A stretch of 64,000 nucleotides of DNA from Methanocaldococcus indicus. Its GTDB lineage: Archaea; AGJL01; Methanococci; Methanococcales; Methanocaldococcaceae. The position numbers were made by a program, and so were the translations under genes. This document shows, piece after piece, positions 8,908-20,880 of the stretch. The notes under the pieces are model-generated. The model saw nothing but the letters and a program-made list of their open reading frames with translations. It was not told the origin of the DNA and did no database searches. Where the stretch lies: contig NZ_CP186926.1 in the NCBI RefSeq assembly GCF_049554935.1, positions 224,001-288,000 on the forward strand, given 5' to 3'. Positions within the stretch are counted from its first letter, which is position 1; each line of letters begins with the position of its first letter.

Positions 8908-10197
8908 TTAATTAAGTAATATATCTTTTAGCTTTTCAATAACCTTTATTATGTCCTCTTCTTTAACACCAATAGCTGAATTAACAACTAAATAATTGTA
9001 AGGATATCCTTTTAAACAACTTGTTCCAAATTTATCATTTCCTAAAACTCCTCTTGGACCTGTTACTCTCAAATTATATAATTTTTTAGCAACATCTAAT
9101 GAATTTTTTAAAGTAATAGCTGTTGAAATAGGGTTTTTAACTTTTAAAACTCTTTCATCTATTTTTTTACAAAGTTCTTCTAACTGTTCATCTAACAATT
9201 TTTTACATCTTTTTTGCTCTTTCATAAGTTCTTTGTATTTATCAACTCCTAAATATAGAAGAGAAATTAATGTATTGGCTATTGGATTTGCTGATGCCCT
9301 TCCTGGATATGTAAAAGATATCTCTTTTAAAAATTTTTTATTTTTTGTGTATATAAAAGCTCCTCCTATTGGAGTGAATAGATTTTTATCTGTTGAACTA
9401 ACAACTGCATCAACTCTATATTTAAATGCCTTATTTAATTTGTCTATATAAAATGTGTTTTGGATTGCATAAGCCCCATTTATTATGTGGGGAACATCAT
9501 ATTCTTCACAAAGTTTAGCAATATCAACAATATCCTCCTCTCTTGGAGGGAAAAATGTTAAAGTTGATAAAACAACAGGATTCTCTTCTTTTTTTATAGC
9601 TTTTTCTATATTATCTACTGGAACTTTTAAAGCATCTCCAAAAAGTTCAGTATCAACAATCCTCATTCTAAATCCTACAAATGATGTAGCTTTTATAGGA
9701 CTTTTATGAGCTGCATAGGGGTAGATAACAACATCTGATTTATATATTTTCCTTACAGTTGATAGAACTAAGCCAATACTCATCCCAGTAGCTACTGGTG
9801 TTGCTATTGCATTTACATTTAATCCTAACTCTTTTAAAAAGCTCTCTAATATTTTGTTAGTTAGTTTATACATTATACTTGCTCCAGGAGCTTTTGGTTG
9901 AGGGTCTGTTAAATTTCCACTTCTACCTACACCATGACAAAAATCAAAGACACTCTCCCTTTGTAAGTTTGTTAAAACTCTACCCTCTCTTTCTCCAATT
10001 TGAATAACCTTAGGGTCTTTGTCAGTATCCATAAATGAGAGTATTCTCAATAAAAGTTTTATATGTTCTTCTTTTAATCCTTTTTTTGGCACTTTTCTCT
10101 GCTCAATTATATTGTTGATTATGTCAATATTCTCTTTTAAGGACAATAAACCCCTATCTTCCATATGTTTTGGTAAAAAGTTTTTTATATTTAGCAT
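8908..10197 (-). CDS. spcS: O-phosphoseryl-tRNA(Sec) selenium transferase (SepSecS)
   Basis: GEREGR, HGVGRSGNL.DPQPKAPG, ATGM, HKS, NGAY, SSTDKN, YPGRAS. Confidence 0.95.
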   Translation of the reverse strand: MLNIKNFLPKHMEDRGLLSLKENIDIINNIIEQRKVPKKGLKEEHIKLLLRILSFMDTDKDPKVIQIGEREGRVLTNLQRESVFDFCHGVGRSGNLTDPQPKAPGASIMYKLTNKILESFLKELGLNVNAIATPVATGMSIGLVLSTVRKIYKSDVVIYPYAAHKSPIKATSFVGFRMRIVDTELFGDALKVPVDNIEKAIKKEENPVVLSTLTFFPPREEDIVDIAKLCEEYDVPHIINGAYAIQNTFYIDKLNKAFKYRVDAVVSSTDKNLFTPIGGAFIYTKNKKFLKEISFTYPGRASANPIANTLISLLYLGVDKYKELMKEQKRCKKLLDEQLEELCKKIDERVLKVKNPISTAITLKNSLDVAKKLYNLRVTGPRGVLGNDKFGTSCLKGYPYNYLVVNSAIGVKEEDIIKVIEKLKDILLN

Positions 10198-10236
10198 GAA
10201 TATACACCTACAACTAAAATTTTTGGTGTTGTATAA

Positions 10237-10902
10237 ATGATAAAGGAAATCTATGAAAATGTATATATGATTGATGATAAATTAGCAACTAAGTCAATTG
10301 ATAAGGGTAAGAGAGTCTATGATGAAAAAATTATTAAAGTTGATGGTGAAGAGTATAGAGTTTGGAATCCATATAAAAGTAAATTAGCAGCAGCAATATT
10401 AAAAGGTTTAAAAACACTTCCAATAAAGAGAGATAGTAAGATTTTATATTTGGGAGCTTCTGCTGGAACAACTCCATCCCATGTCTCTGATATAGCTGAT
10501 AAAGGAGTTATTTATGCTGTTGAATACTCCCCAAGAATTTTAAGAGAGATGTTATCCTCATGTAAGAATAGAAAAAATCTCATTCCTATATTGGGAGATG
10601 CAAACAAACCTCAAGAATATTCCTATATTGAGAGAGTAGATATCCTTTATGAAGATGTTGCTCAACCAAACCAAGCTGAAATTTTAATAAAAAATGCAAA
10701 ATTCTTTCTAAAAAAAGATGGATATGCAATGATTGCTATAAAGGCAAGAAGTATAGATGTCACCAAAGAACCAAAAGAAATATTTAAAGAACAAAAAGAA
10801 ATTTTAGAAAAATATGGATTTAAAGTTTTGGAAGAGATAGATATTGAACCTTATGAAAAAGACCATATTTTATTTTTATGTAGATACAAAGGTGAAAAAT
10901 AA
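10237..10902 (+). CDS. flpA: Fibrillarin rRNA/tRNA 2'-O-methyltransferase
   Basis: [43 protein letters not shown]. Confidence 0.95.
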   Translation: MIKEIYENVYMIDDKLATKSIDKGKRVYDEKIIKVDGEEYRVWNPYKSKLAAAILKGLKTLPIKRDSKILYLGASAGTTPSHVSDIADKGVIYAVEYSPRILREMLSSCKNRKNLIPILGDANKPQEYSYIERVDILYEDVAQPNQAEILIKNAKFFLKKDGYAMIAIKARSIDVTKEPKEIFKEQKEILEKYGFKVLEEIDIEPYEKDHILFLCRYKGEK

Positions 10903-11483
10903 TGTTTGAGTTTTTCTACAATTTTTTAGATGGTATTTTTCTACCTCTTATAAAAAGTTTTCATCCAGCAATAGCAATATTGATTATTGCTTTAATTGTT
11001 TCTTTAATTACAAATGTTGCCACAAAACTTTTAGTTAATCAGGAGAGAGTAGCAGAAATAAAAGAGGAATTAAAGAACTATCAAAAGAAGTTAAAATTAG
11101 CTCAAAAAAATCCTGATTTAATGCAAGAACTTCAAAAAGAGCAAGAAAAATATTTAAAGTTAAATACTGAATTAATGAAGATGAGCTTTAAACCAATGAT
11201 ATATACATGGATTCCAATAATTCTAATATTTATATACCTAAAACATGTATATGGATTTAATGGTTTGTATCATCAACTATATCCTAATTGGAATGGTGTA
11301 GTTGTTTATCTTCCAACAATCATAGCTAAGATAATGTTATTAGATTTCTGGCATTGGCTTGGTTCAATATTTTATAAAGGTGGCTTTCCAATTGTAAAAA
11401 ATGCTCTTGGATGGTTGGGTTGGTATATATTAAATTCAATTGCATTTTCAACAGTATTAAGGAAAATTTTAGGAATTAAGTGA
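10902..11483 (+). CDS. DUF106/EMC3-TMCO1 (Oxa1 superfamily) membrane insertase
   Basis: TM, coiled coil, MKMSFKPM, C-terminal GWLGWYIL.S...RK.LG. Confidence 0.85.
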   Translation: MFEFFYNFLDGIFLPLIKSFHPAIAILIIALIVSLITNVATKLLVNQERVAEIKEELKNYQKKLKLAQKNPDLMQELQKEQEKYLKLNTELMKMSFKPMIYTWIPIILIFIYLKHVYGFNGLYHQLYPNWNGVVVYLPTIIAKIMLLDFWHWLGSIFYKGGFPIVKNALGWLGWYILNSIAFSTVLRKILGIK

Positions 11484-11488
11484 GGAAA

Positions 11489-12103
11489 ATGGACATAAAC
11501 TATTTCTTATACAGTTTTGTATCTATTTTTATAACTGTTGACCCAATAGGTCTATTACCAATGATACACTCTCTACTTATAAACTATTCTGAGGATGATA
11601 GAAAAAAAATAATTAAAAAAGCTATTTTTATATCTACTATTGTTCTATTAACTTTTGCTATTTTTGGAAAATATATATTTGCATATTTTGGAATTACTAT
11701 GGATTCTTTTAAAGTTGCTGGAGGTTTGTTATTATTAAAGATATCTTGGGATATGTTACAAGCAGAAATACCAAAAACAAAACATAAACCAGATGAAAAG
11801 ATTGAGGGGGATATTGATAGTATTGCCTATGTTCCTTTAGCTATTCCTCTAATCTCTGGACCAGGAGCTATAACAACAACCATGATTTTAGTAGGAAAAT
11901 CTACATCACTTACTAAAAAGTTGGAGGTAATATTGGCTATTATTTTAGTTATGCTTATATCATATATTTTAATGTATTTCTCAGATAAAATTTTAAGTAA
12001 ATTGAATATTTATGGGATTAATGCATTTGTAAGAATTATGGGATTATTGTTAATGGCTATATCAGTCCAAATAATATTTTCAGGAGTTTCTCAACTAATT
12101 TAA
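11489..12103 (+). CDS. MarC/NAAT family membrane protein
   Basis: DPIG, FKVAGGLLL, VPLAIPLISGPGAI, RIMGLLL. Confidence 0.9.
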   Translation: MDINYFLYSFVSIFITVDPIGLLPMIHSLLINYSEDDRKKIIKKAIFISTIVLLTFAIFGKYIFAYFGITMDSFKVAGGLLLLKISWDMLQAEIPKTKHKPDEKIEGDIDSIAYVPLAIPLISGPGAITTTMILVGKSTSLTKKLEVILAIILVMLISYILMYFSDKILSKLNIYGINAFVRIMGLLLMAISVQIIFSGVSQLI

Positions 12104-12108
12104 ATTAT

Positions 12109-13209
12109 TTATTTTCTAACAATAGTTATTGCTCTTTCTGCACATGCAACACAGGGGTCTAAACTTATAAAAGTAGCAACTGCATCAGCAACTGTTGGGC
12201 AAGTTTTTAGCATATATTTATATGCTTCAAAGTTCATAATAGAAGGTGTTCTTATCATAATTCTTTTTATTATTCCATTATCTGATAACTCCATTTTATA
12301 GACAACCTCTCCTCTTGGGGCTTCATTTCTTTTTTCTCCATCTCCTCCTTTTATATGACATTTTTCTCTTACATTACCTCCACATTCCTCATAAAGTTCT
12401 AAACATTCTCTAATTATGTCAACACTTACTTTAATTTCATCAAATCTGACCATACATCTTGCAAAATTATCCCCTTCCTCTCTCCAAACAGGTTTAAAAC
12501 TTTTCAATTCTTTATATGTTGAATGCCTCAATCTCCAATCACTTTCAGGAAGTGCAGAAGCTCTTGCCATTGGTCCAGTTACTCTTGTCCTCATAATCTC
12601 TTTATAATCTAAAACCCCTATTCCCTTACTTCTTAAACCTACTAATGGAGCTGTTTCAAAAGCATTTATTAGATTTTTAATTTCTTCTTCAAAAATATCT
12701 AATGTCTTATAAATTTTGTCCATATATTCTTTATTTATATCTCTCCTAACTCCTCCAACAACATTGTAACTCATATTTATTCTATTCCCAGTTATCATTT
12801 CCATTAAATCCATAATTTTCTCTCTAACATTCAATAACCACAATCCCAAAGTTTCATGTTCAATAGATAGGCAATAAACAGAATTTATTAAAAGATGACT
12901 ATGAATTCTTTCCAATTCAGATGAAATAACTCTTAAATATTTAGCTTTTTCTGGAATCTCAATTTTAGATATTTTTTCAACACATTCAACAAATGTCATA
13001 GTATGTATAAATGAACAGATTCCACATACTCTCTCAGCTAAATGCACACATTTATGAACATGCTTACCTTCCATAATTTTCTCTATTCCTCTATGAACAT
13101 ATCCCATTTCTATTTCAGCATCTACTGGTTTTTCTCCTTCTAATACTAATTTTAATCTAATTGGCTCTTTTAAAATTGGATGTATAGGACCAATAGGAAC
13201 AGTAGTCAT
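12109..13209 (-). CDS. ehaO: Energy-converting [NiFe] hydrogenase A large subunit
   Basis: [39 protein letters not shown]. Confidence 0.92.
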   Translation of the reverse strand: MTTVPIGPIHPILKEPIRLKLVLEGEKPVDAEIEMGYVHRGIEKIMEGKHVHKCVHLAERVCGICSFIHTMTFVECVEKISKIEIPEKAKYLRVISSELERIHSHLLINSVYCLSIEHETLGLWLLNVREKIMDLMEMITGNRINMSYNVVGGVRRDINKEYMDKIYKTLDIFEEEIKNLINAFETAPLVGLRSKGIGVLDYKEIMRTRVTGPMARASALPESDWRLRHSTYKELKSFKPVWREEGDNFARCMVRFDEIKVSVDIIRECLELYEECGGNVREKCHIKGGDGEKRNEAPRGEVVYKMELSDNGIIKRIMIRTPSIMNFEAYKYMLKTCPTVADAVATFISLDPCVACAERAITIVRK

Positions 13210-13640
13210 TTTTTCATCCTTTTTTCTTTTTCAGCCAATAATTTAGCTGCTTTTAAAATTCCTTCTATTATTTCAGAAGGTCTTGGAGGACATCCTGGGA
13301 CTTTTGCATCAACTGGGATAATCTTCTCTATTCCACCTAAAACATGTCCTTCTTTAAATATTCCACCACTCAATGCACATGCTCCAACAGCTACAACAAC
13401 CTTTGGCTCTGGAACTTTTTCATAAAGTTCTTTAACTCTCTCAATCCATGGAAGTGTTGTAGGTCCAGTAATAACTAAAATATCTGCTTCTCTTGGATTA
13501 TTATGAACATAAATTCCATACTGTTCAATATCATACCTTGGAGATAGACAGGAAAGTATTTCAACATCACAACCATTACATCCTCCTGTATTGACAATAC
13601 ATAAATGAATACTCCTTTTTCTAACAAACTCCTTAATCAT
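13206..13640 (-). CDS. ehaN: Eha small subunit
   Basis: [28 protein letters not shown]. Confidence 0.92.
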   Translation of the reverse strand: MIKEFVRKRSIHLCIVNTGGCNGCDVEILSCLSPRYDIEQYGIYVHNNPREADILVITGPTTLPWIERVKELYEKVPEPKVVVAVGACALSGGIFKEGHVLGGIEKIIPVDAKVPGCPPRPSEIIEGILKAAKLLAEKEKRMKK

Positions 13641-14059
13641 TTTCTATCCTCATATATCTTTTTTAGTAAAATTTCTTTTCCTTTTTTAAGAGCTTCTTTA
13701 TAAGGCATATTTCTTAAAACTACAAGTTCAACAACATACTTCCTTATCTCATCTGCATCTCTCTTACTTATTAATCTAAAAAAATCAGTTAGCCAACATA
13801 ACCCTAAATCAATATCTACCTTTCTACCTAAACATGCCATCCTTGCCTGTTCTGCATAAGCATCTAATTCATATACTGTTGCAAAGTCATGCTTATTTAA
13901 AAATAAACTTATAACTTCATCTACATCCAAATCTAACTTTTTTGCTATTGGAATAAATACAGTGTCCATAAGAAATCTGTTATCTCTAACTATGTTTATT
14001 TTTTGTTTAAAACTGTCTTCTAAATATTTTTTATCTATATCTTTAATATCCATATACAA
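13637..14059 (-). CDS. ehaM: Eha subunit M (DUF1959)
   Basis: [19 protein letters not shown] motif; operon position. Confidence 0.8.
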   Translation of the reverse strand: MYMDIKDIDKKYLEDSFKQKINIVRDNRFLMDTVFIPIAKKLDLDVDEVISLFLNKHDFATVYELDAYAEQARMACLGRKVDIDLGLCWLTDFFRLISKRDADEIRKYVVELVVLRNMPYKEALKKGKEILLKKIYEDRK

Positions 14060-14336
14060 CCACCCTAATTATCAAAAATAAAATTATTCCAACTAAAAAC
14101 TCAATTCTACCGTATCCTGACCTCATTCCTAATGGAAATCCAATAAAAAAAGCTCCAATGTAAAATAAAGGAGTATTTAATAATATAGCTCCTAAGATTG
14201 AGGATAATAGAGCATATTTATCAATATTTTTTATGTTGTATGGTGGAAATTTATAGCTATACTCTAATCCAAAAAAATTACCTAAAACAAATAAAATTAA
14301 TGTAATATTTGCAATAAGTAAGTCCATACTAACCAC
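14043..14336 (-). CDS. ehaL: Eha membrane subunit L
   Basis: GLEYSY, GMR.GYGR.E; operon position. Confidence 0.8.
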   Translation of the reverse strand: MVSMDLLIANITLILFVLGNFFGLEYSYKFPPYNIKNIDKYALLSSILGAILLNTPLFYIGAFFIGFPLGMRSGYGRIEFLVGIILFLIIRVVVYGY

Positions 14337-14338
14337 CT

Positions 14339-14584
14339 TTAACTTGGAATAAATAACCTATATAAAGAATAGGAAAATATCAACATAACAATAAACATAC
14401 AAACTGCTTCTAATTTTTTGTATTTACTTGCAAAAGTTTTATAATTTAGTAGATAAGCTAAAATAAACAAAATTATCATTGATAATAATGCTGGAATAAC
14501 TGATAATTGAAAAATATTTACTAAGATTGTATAGAGTATGGCTAAAATGCAAATAATCAATAAATAGTTAATATATTCTTTCAT
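14339..14584 (-). CDS. ehaK: Eha membrane subunit K (true start ATG 14584)
   Basis: GGTGA RBS, three TM segments, lies between ehaJ and ehaL. Confidence 0.7.
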   Translation of the reverse strand: MKEYINYLLIICILAILYTILVNIFQLSVIPALLSMIILFILAYLLNYKTFASKYKKLEAVCMFIVMLIFSYSLYRLFIPS

Positions 14585-15447
14585 TAAATCACCCTGTATA
14601 GTAAATCTAATAGGACTATTAAAGCAATGGTTATTTGCAACATAACTGAATGATGAGGAGCCAATAAAGGAGTTAATCCATTGATTATAGCAATAATTAT
14701 AGTTAATACTACCATTATTGGAAGAGCTAAAAATATATTTCCTATTCCCAAAAATACTGCTATAAATATCCATAACAATACAAAATAAGCAATTGCATCA
14801 GCTATGTAAATTAAACTTGCCAATAAACCAAAATGTTCAGTCATATATCCTGAAACAATATCTTTTCCTTTAACTATTCTAAATGGACTATTTGGTGCTT
14901 TTGACACTAACAAAATAAAGAATGCAAATGCAGCTATTGGTAGTTTTAATATTAAAGGTCCATAAATTTGTTGGTAATTTATAATATCTGATATTATAAC
15001 CGAATTTGTTAGGATATAAACAATAGCTACAACTGAGAATAAAGGAATCTCTGCTGCTGCTGAGAAAACACTTCTAACTCCTCCTAATTTTCCATAAGGT
15101 GAGCCAGATGATAAACCACAACCATGCTCAACAATCTTTTGTAAGACATATAAACCTATCAAAATCAGTAGAGAAGATTTTAACTCAACAGCTAATATTA
15201 AAGCAGATAACCAAACCATTACATCCAAAAATACAACAAATAAATAGAGCAAAGTAGCAGCTGTTATGGGAATAGTTATCTCTTTAAAGTAAAATTTTAG
15301 TGTATGGATTAAATACTGTATTATTGGTGGTCCTGGTCTAAGCTGAATCTTAGCCAAAATCTTTCTATGCAACCCTAACAATAAAGAACCTACAAGAAAT
15401 GCATAAATTGTTAAATTTATTGTATAAAGAATATCCATAATCAACAC
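14584..15447 (-). CDS. ehaJ: Eha subunit J (NuoH-like)
   Basis: RK..A.IQ.RPGPP, SGSPY..LGG.R, AEIP, GY.TEH.G. Confidence 0.9.
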   Translation of the reverse strand: MLIMDILYTINLTIYAFLVGSLLLGLHRKILAKIQLRPGPPIIQYLIHTLKFYFKEITIPITAATLLYLFVVFLDVMVWLSALILAVELKSSLLILIGLYVLQKIVEHGCGLSSGSPYGKLGGVRSVFSAAAEIPLFSVVAIVYILTNSVIISDIINYQQIYGPLILKLPIAAFAFFILLVSKAPNSPFRIVKGKDIVSGYMTEHFGLLASLIYIADAIAYFVLLWIFIAVFLGIGNIFLALPIMVVLTIIIAIINGLTPLLAPHHSVMLQITIALIVLLDLLYRVI

Positions 15448-15648
15448 CTAAAATCCTCTAAATGGTAATTTTCCAACATCTTTTCTTCTTGTTTTAGGAA
15501 TTAAAAAACTACCTATTCCATACAGTAGATTTGGCACACCAACAACATAAAATATATATCCCATCAACCCATCTACTACAAAAATTAAAATAAAACATAA
15601 AATTCCAATAATTAAACAACTTAATCCTATCTTTCTCTCTAAATCCAT
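15448..15648 (-). CDS. ehaI: Eha membrane subunit I
   Basis: Two TMs and C-terminal GKLPFRGF; operon position. Confidence 0.75.
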   Translation of the reverse strand: MDLERKIGLSCLIIGILCFILIFVVDGLMGYIFYVVGVPNLLYGIGSFLIPKTRRKDVGKLPFRGF

Positions 15649-15658
15649 AACTATCCCT

Positions 15659-16312
15659 TTAAATTTTTAATAAAATTTCAACTGTCTTAACTATAATTAA
15701 TAGGGAGGATAGATGTATCATTAATATATATGGAGAACCTGGAGCCCTAAACATCTCTGCCTTAGCAGCATAGTAAGGAGCTACTCCTGTCTCTCCTGCC
15801 ATTCCTAATCCATAAAGTATTTTTTCAAAAAATATATTTGACTTCATTTTTTCCAATTCTAAAATTGATAGTGTTCCTGTCTTAGCTAATATTAATGCTG
15901 CTGCTCCAAATAATGGAAGAGTGGCTATTATAGAAGTTAAACCATACTGAAAAGCTGCATTTAAGACATGCTCCCTCTTAACAGCTGAAACTATCCCTAT
16001 ATTTGCAATTCCTACCAAAGTTAAAAATAATGCAAAGTCAAATAAATCATAAGTGAGCATAGCTCCAGCAGTAGCTAATCCACAAACAATAGCCATAAAT
16101 CTTCTATTTCTTAGTTCATTAATATCAATGTCTATTAAAACATCTCCACTGAACTTTTTTGCTTCCAACTGTTTTTCTGGTTTTGTTAAATAAACCAATA
16201 GAGTGAATATTAAAGCTATAATAAATCCAATGGTTGAGAATTCAGAAAATTTAAATATTATATCTCCAAATGGCACAATTCCATAAATATAGCCTGATAT
16301 TGTATCTATCAT
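15659..16312 (-). CDS. ehaH: Eha subunit H (antiporter-like); start ATG 16312
   Basis: [35 protein letters not shown]. Confidence 0.85.
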   Translation of the reverse strand: MIDTISGYIYGIVPFGDIIFKFSEFSTIGFIIALIFTLLVYLTKPEKQLEAKKFSGDVLIDIDINELRNRRFMAIVCGLATAGAMLTYDLFDFALFLTLVGIANIGIVSAVKREHVLNAAFQYGLTSIIATLPLFGAAALILAKTGTLSILELEKMKSNIFFEKILYGLGMAGETGVAPYYAAKAEMFRAPGSPYILMIHLSSLLIIVKTVEILLKI

Positions 16313-16917
16313 TCTGCCATCCCCAATAAACCAAGTTTTGAGCAAACTTTAATAACCAATCCTAATCCAGAAAATAGCAAAAATACTAACCAATATTTTG
16401 GAAAGAGAAAGAAACCTAAAAATCCAACAATCCACAAACACCAAGCTATCCCAGAATATCCACAAATTCCAACCCATCTGACTCTTTCAATGATATTCTC
16501 TCCCAATACTCTTTTAGCAAAGAAGTAATACAATAATCCAGTAGAAATAACTGCCCCACCAGTGAATCCTGTTAATATTGCTCCATAAACTACCAAAATT
16601 ATAGCTATAAATGTTGGAGATGTTTTTAAAATCTCTAATTCAAAATTTATTTTAAAATCTTCTAATTTTTTTCCTCTAACTTTTTCTCTAACTATTAAAA
16701 CCTCTGAAATAGCTAAAAGTTCTGCCATACTAACAACTAATCCTGGCAAAATTAAAGCTTCTGCTAAATCTGTTCCTAATGCAGCTATAATAACTAAGAG
16801 AGAGCACTCTACTAAATCAGTTAATATCAATGCATGTAAATTATTTTTTTGGAATCCTATTGCCAATAAAGATAAAATTCCAACAATAAAGCCAACTGCA
16901 ACAACTAAGCTATACAT
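16309..16917 (-). CDS. ehaG: Eha membrane subunit G
   Basis: [22 protein letters not shown]. Confidence 0.85.
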   Translation of the reverse strand: MYSLVVAVGFIVGILSLLAIGFQKNNLHALILTDLVECSLLVIIAALGTDLAEALILPGLVVSMAELLAISEVLIVREKVRGKKLEDFKINFELEILKTSPTFIAIILVVYGAILTGFTGGAVISTGLLYYFFAKRVLGENIIERVRWVGICGYSGIAWCLWIVGFLGFFLFPKYWLVFLLFSGLGLVIKVCSKLGLLGMAE

Positions 16918-16919
16918 CT

Positions 16920-17381
16920 TTAATCCCTCTCTCTATTCCAGAATAACCAAGTAAATATAACAAATGAAACCAACAGTATTGAACTCTCTAAAACTGTATC
17001 CATTCCTCTTGTATAATAGAGAATTTCATCAATAATTCCTCCAGGAGTTGAGACAATAGTTGTTCCAAAGTATAGAGTTTTATCTTTAATAAATTCTGCC
17101 ACTGGTGTCAAATAGGCAGTTATTAATCCCAAATCTGGAAGATATTGAGGATATTGTGCCTTTACATTTGCTCTCTCTTTAAATGGAATTCCTCCTCTAT
17201 CATAAGGAGCTAATGGAGTTTTTAATGTTTGTGAGTGATATGCAGGTTTAGGATAAAGCTGATTTTCAATTTTATAGTGAGGAATAAACAAACCAAAAAT
17301 AAATATAATTGCCAATGTTAAGGCAAACAATCTTGGAACAATTTCAGGTTTTGATAAAAGATTCCAAATCTTACCTATCAT
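16920..17381 (-). CDS. ehaF: Eha membrane subunit F
   Basis: [27 protein letters not shown]. Confidence 0.85.
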   Translation of the reverse strand: MIGKIWNLLSKPEIVPRLFALTLAIIFIFGLFIPHYKIENQLYPKPAYHSQTLKTPLAPYDRGGIPFKERANVKAQYPQYLPDLGLITAYLTPVAEFIKDKTLYFGTTIVSTPGGIIDEILYYTRGMDTVLESSILLVSFVIFTWLFWNRERD

Positions 17382-17625
17382 ACTTACCCTCTAACTTTAT
17401 TATTGTTCTAACTAAAACTAATGTTAAAGCAGCAGTAACTCCAATATATGTCATTAGAGCTATTGTCTCATCATAAGATAGAAAGATAAGCATAACTCCA
17501 AAAGCTGCAACCTCTATATTCAACAATCTAATAACTGGATTCTCTACTTTAGGTCCAAATATCCCTCCAAAAGTTCCAATAATCAATAAGAACAATCCTA
17601 AATAAACAGTATAAATATAGTCCAT
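17371..17625 (-). CDS. ehaE: Eha membrane subunit E
   Basis: GP...P..RLLNIEV; operon order. Confidence 0.8.
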   Translation of the reverse strand: MDYIYTVYLGLFLLIIGTFGGIFGPKVENPVIRLLNIEVAAFGVMLIFLSYDETIALMTYIGVTAALTLVLVRTIIKLEGKYDR

Positions 17626-17907
17626 CTAACCACCCAAAATTGGGAACTCTTTCTTTTTTACTTTCTTTTTTTCTTTGTTTATCTCCAAATATTTAACATA
17701 TCCAACAAGGATTATTATGTTGGTTATTGGAGAGACAATAGTTAATAATATTGCTACATCCAAATAATAAAAATATGCAATAAATCCAATAATTCCAGTT
17801 TCCATCAAAGATAACATAATTAATTTGTTTATAGGATTTGTATGAAGTATAGTTCCAATACCTCCAAAAATACAGCATAAAGCTGAAACTATAAACAAAA
17901 TATCCAA
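17626..17907 (-). CDS. ehaD: Eha membrane subunit D
   Basis: P.NKLIM, YLDVA; operon order. Confidence 0.8.
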   Translation of the reverse strand: MDILFIVSALCCIFGGIGTILHTNPINKLIMLSLMETGIIGFIAYFYYLDVAILLTIVSPITNIIILVGYVKYLEINKEKKKVKKKEFPILGG

Positions 17908-17915
17908 AATTCCAC

Positions 17916-18155
17916 CTATTCTAAATCTTTAATTTTCTCCAATGTGCTTGCTATTGCATTAGATGAGAGTGTTGAGAATACAAAGTATGATATTGAGAGA
18001 ATTCCACCCATTGGACTATTTATATATAAAGCAATTAAAGCAGCAAAAGCAAAATTTAGGCAACATAGATAAACTAATTTTCTGGCTCTACTTCTTTGTA
18101 AAAATATTCTAAGAATCATTAACAATACAACAAAACCTAAAATTTCTGTAATCAT
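17916..18155 (-). CDS. ehaC: Eha membrane subunit C
   Basis: [20 protein letters not shown]. Confidence 0.8.
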   Translation of the reverse strand: MITEILGFVVLLMILRIFLQRSRARKLVYLCCLNFAFAALIALYINSPMGGILSISYFVFSTLSSNAIASTLEKIKDLE

Positions 18156-18637
18156 GCTCTCTCCTTATATAATCTATAAATTTTTCCTAACAATTTTGAG
18201 GCAAATCTATGCTCTAATCCTTGTATGGTTAATATAGCCAAAACCATTCCAACAATAAAATATTTTGGATTTATAAAAGGAGAAAGTAGATAAATTATAA
18301 GTGTTATTGATAAAGCTCCAATAGTTCCTGCATATCCACTATCAGCACATAACCTATTCCCTATCCATACGAAAAAACTTGCTAATAATCCTCCATCTAC
18401 TCCCATAAGATAGTACATTATGGAAGATAGCAAAGTTCCAGCTGAGGCATCAGGAGAGCATACAATATTTCCCATGAAATATCCTCCATTTAAATCTCCA
18501 CCTATGAATTTAATTTTTTCACCAATATGTTTAGCTCCCAACACACCTGGTTTTTCAGGTAAGCCAAAAATTGTATCTATAATAACAAAGTTTAACCAAC
18601 ACAATACAAAACATATAAGAATGTAAAAGATTTCCAT
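18152..18637 (-). CDS. ehaB: Eha membrane subunit B
   Basis: [33 protein letters not shown]. Confidence 0.85.
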   Translation of the reverse strand: MEIFYILICFVLCWLNFVIIDTIFGLPEKPGVLGAKHIGEKIKFIGGDLNGGYFMGNIVCSPDASAGTLLSSIMYYLMGVDGGLLASFFVWIGNRLCADSGYAGTIGALSITLIIYLLSPFINPKYFIVGMVLAILTIQGLEHRFASKLLGKIYRLYKERA

Positions 18638-18886
18638 TTATGGCTCACCAAATATTTTATCAGCATAGAAAGAAAATAAAAATCCTAAGATTCCAGATAT
18701 AACAGATATATAGATATTATCAAAAAAAAGATGCTTTAAAATGACATAAAATCCTAATGCCAAAATTGGAGTAGGAAATACAACTGTTGTTTTAAAACTA
18801 AATTTATCCTTAGGTAGGATAGGCATTCTAAATATAAGAGCTAATACAACAGAGATAACAACAGATATTATATAGTTAATCATCAA
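18638..18886 (-). CDS. ehaA: Eha membrane subunit A
   Basis: FPTP..ALG motif, three TMs, first eha gene. Confidence 0.8.
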   Translation of the reverse strand: MMINYIISVVISVVLALIFRMPILPKDKFSFKTTVVFPTPILALGFYVILKHLFFDNIYISVISGILGFLFSFYADKIFGEP

Positions 18887-18887
18887 C

Positions 18888-19529
18888 TCACCAGCAATGA
18901 ACTATTATACAGTTATCTTCAATGTTGTAGATAGGTGGAACTTCTCCTTTTGGGAATACTTGAATAATTATTTTTTTATTGTATTTTTCATAGAACTTTT
19001 TTTCTAACCTTCTAATATCTGAGCAATCTAATTCAATAATAACATCTTTGTTATCTTCTATATACTTTCCATAAGCTACAATCTTTCCTCTTGATAATAC
19101 AATATCAATAATCTCAATAACTTTCAATTTATTTCTCATCTCTCTTAGTAAATTATTCTTATCTAATATTATATAAGAATGCCCATTTATATATCTCAAA
19201 AATGTTCTATTTTCCTCTAATATAATATTGTTTATTAGTTCTATAAGGTTATCCTCAAATTTCAGTAATGATAATGTATCTAACAACTCATACACAGGAT
19301 TTTTTATATTTCTTTCTGAAAAACATTTCAATAGTCCATAGGTTATAGCTGCTGCTATTAACTTAGTGGGCTTTCTTTTACCTTTTTCTAACATACTTAA
19401 ATGAGATTGGCTTATCCCACTCTCCTTAGCCAACTTTGATTGAGTTATCTTTAATCTCTCTCTAAATATTTGGATATACATTGGATTTAACAATATAGCT
19501 CTCTCAATTATCTCCAACTTATCATACAT
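18888..19529 (-). CDS. XRE-family HTH regulator heading the eha operon
   Basis: [32 protein letters not shown] helix-turn-helix; 1 bp from ehaA. Confidence 0.85.
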   Translation of the reverse strand: MYDKLEIIERAILLNPMYIQIFRERLKITQSKLAKESGISQSHLSMLEKGKRKPTKLIAAAITYGLLKCFSERNIKNPVYELLDTLSLLKFEDNLIELINNIILEENRTFLRYINGHSYIILDKNNLLREMRNKLKVIEIIDIVLSRGKIVAYGKYIEDNKDVIIELDCSDIRRLEKKFYEKYNKKIIIQVFPKGEVPPIYNIEDNCIIVHCW

Positions 19530-19548
19530 AAATTATCACAATAGAATA

Positions 19549-19571
19549 ATATTATAACTGTGTTATAATAT
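19549..19571. promoter_or_regulatory. Perfect inverted repeat ATATTATAAC-TGT-GTTATAATAT, candidate operator of the regulator-eha operon
   Basis: 10-bp perfect arms between the minus-strand TATA (about 19583-19590) and the regulator start. Confidence 0.5.
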
Positions 19572-19730
19572 AAATAAGTAAGTTATAAAATTTTTTGAAT
19601 GTTGGTATTAATAAATTAGATAACCACGAAATCTTAATTATTTAAATATTTGAATAAATAAAAAATATTATTTTCTATTATTTTTTATTACAATTTTTGA
19701 ATTAAACATGTCTTTAATATTAATTAAGTT

Positions 19731-20880
19731 ACTGACAGTGTGATTACAATAATCCATTCTTTATTAGTTCTTTACTACACTCTTTAATGACTTTATAGAA
19801 CGATATTCCATTTTTGTAGCTTAAATATTCGATACAATTAAATAACATTCCCATTAATCTAACGAATCCTATATTACTCTTTTCTGAGGACAAATAATTT
19901 TCTTCAACCTCCAAAATCGACTTATCTCTTCTATGCTTCTCTTCTATTTTACATCTTTTTAAATATTCGTTTATAATATTCTCAGCTTTCTTTTTATAGT
20001 TTGTCGAGACTAAATACTTAATCTTTTTCTTTTCTTCCATTAACACTGCAACGATTTTAACTTTTCCAACATTGGGAATATTAACTACTTTCTCGGATAT
20101 TCTGAACTTTTTTCCGTTAATAGTCCTTAATTTAGTTTTATTTTTGTTGAAGTCCATTTTAAACATATTTTCTATTTTAACTTCTTTACCAAAAACCTCA
20201 ATTTTTATGTTTTTTCTGATTCTACCAATATAATCGACTCCCAATTCTTTACATCTCCTTAAAATTTTCTTTATTGTTACAGAACCATCACCAACGACTG
20301 TCCCCTTAATAATTTTAGATATTGATTCGATAATTCTTAAATATATATCAGTTGATTTAATATTTTTTGGTTTTATTTAAACAATCCTTTTTTTATTAAA
20401 AATACTGCAGTTTATTTGTTCTTGATATAATTTTTTATGATTTTCTACGTAGTTATATTTAATAGAACTACCAAATACGTTTTTACCATATCTTCTCAAT
20501 AAGGTTGAGTCAATTATTATTGAAAATTTAAATTTACAATAGTTTAAAATGTCAGGAATGTCCAATAGCTGAGTATAAAAGCAATTTTCGATTTTTGATA
20601 ACTTTTGAAGTTTTTTGATTATGGTTGTTCGATGAATTTCTAAAATCTCTTCAGATATTGCTTTAATTGTCTTTATCTCGGTTAAAGTTCTAACCAAGCA
20701 GTAATCTACCAAGTCATCCGAATTGGCTATACCTAAAGTATTTAAACCATTAACGAATAATTCTTTAAGTGTGGTTAGCATGGGGTTTATCACCGTTTTT
20801 TGATGAAGTATTTAAAACTATACTATTTTATTTTTTTGGTTTTAAAATCTATAATGAGAATGAGAATTCATACTATCAGT
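19731..20880 (-). mobile_element. Defective DDE insertion sequence (IS4/IS701-like)
   Basis: Imperfect 13-bp TIRs ACTGACAGTGTGA (19731-19743) and TCATACTATCAGT (20868-20880); elevated CpG; no clear target duplication. Confidence 0.7.
19744..20793 (-). pseudogene. DDE transposase interrupted by an in-frame TAA at 20377-20379
   Basis: Both ORF-track pieces are in one frame; IIIDST (D1), VVGDG (D2), Y..R..IEE..R..K (E) motifs. Confidence 0.8.

Noticed and set aside
12109-13209. Selenocysteine-containing hydrogenase
   Set aside because: The C-terminal motif is DPCVAC with ordinary Cys codons and no in-frame TGA.
14585-14773. N-terminal extension of the 144-aa ehaK ORF
   Set aside because: Overlaps ehaJ out of frame; the RBS supports ATG 14584.
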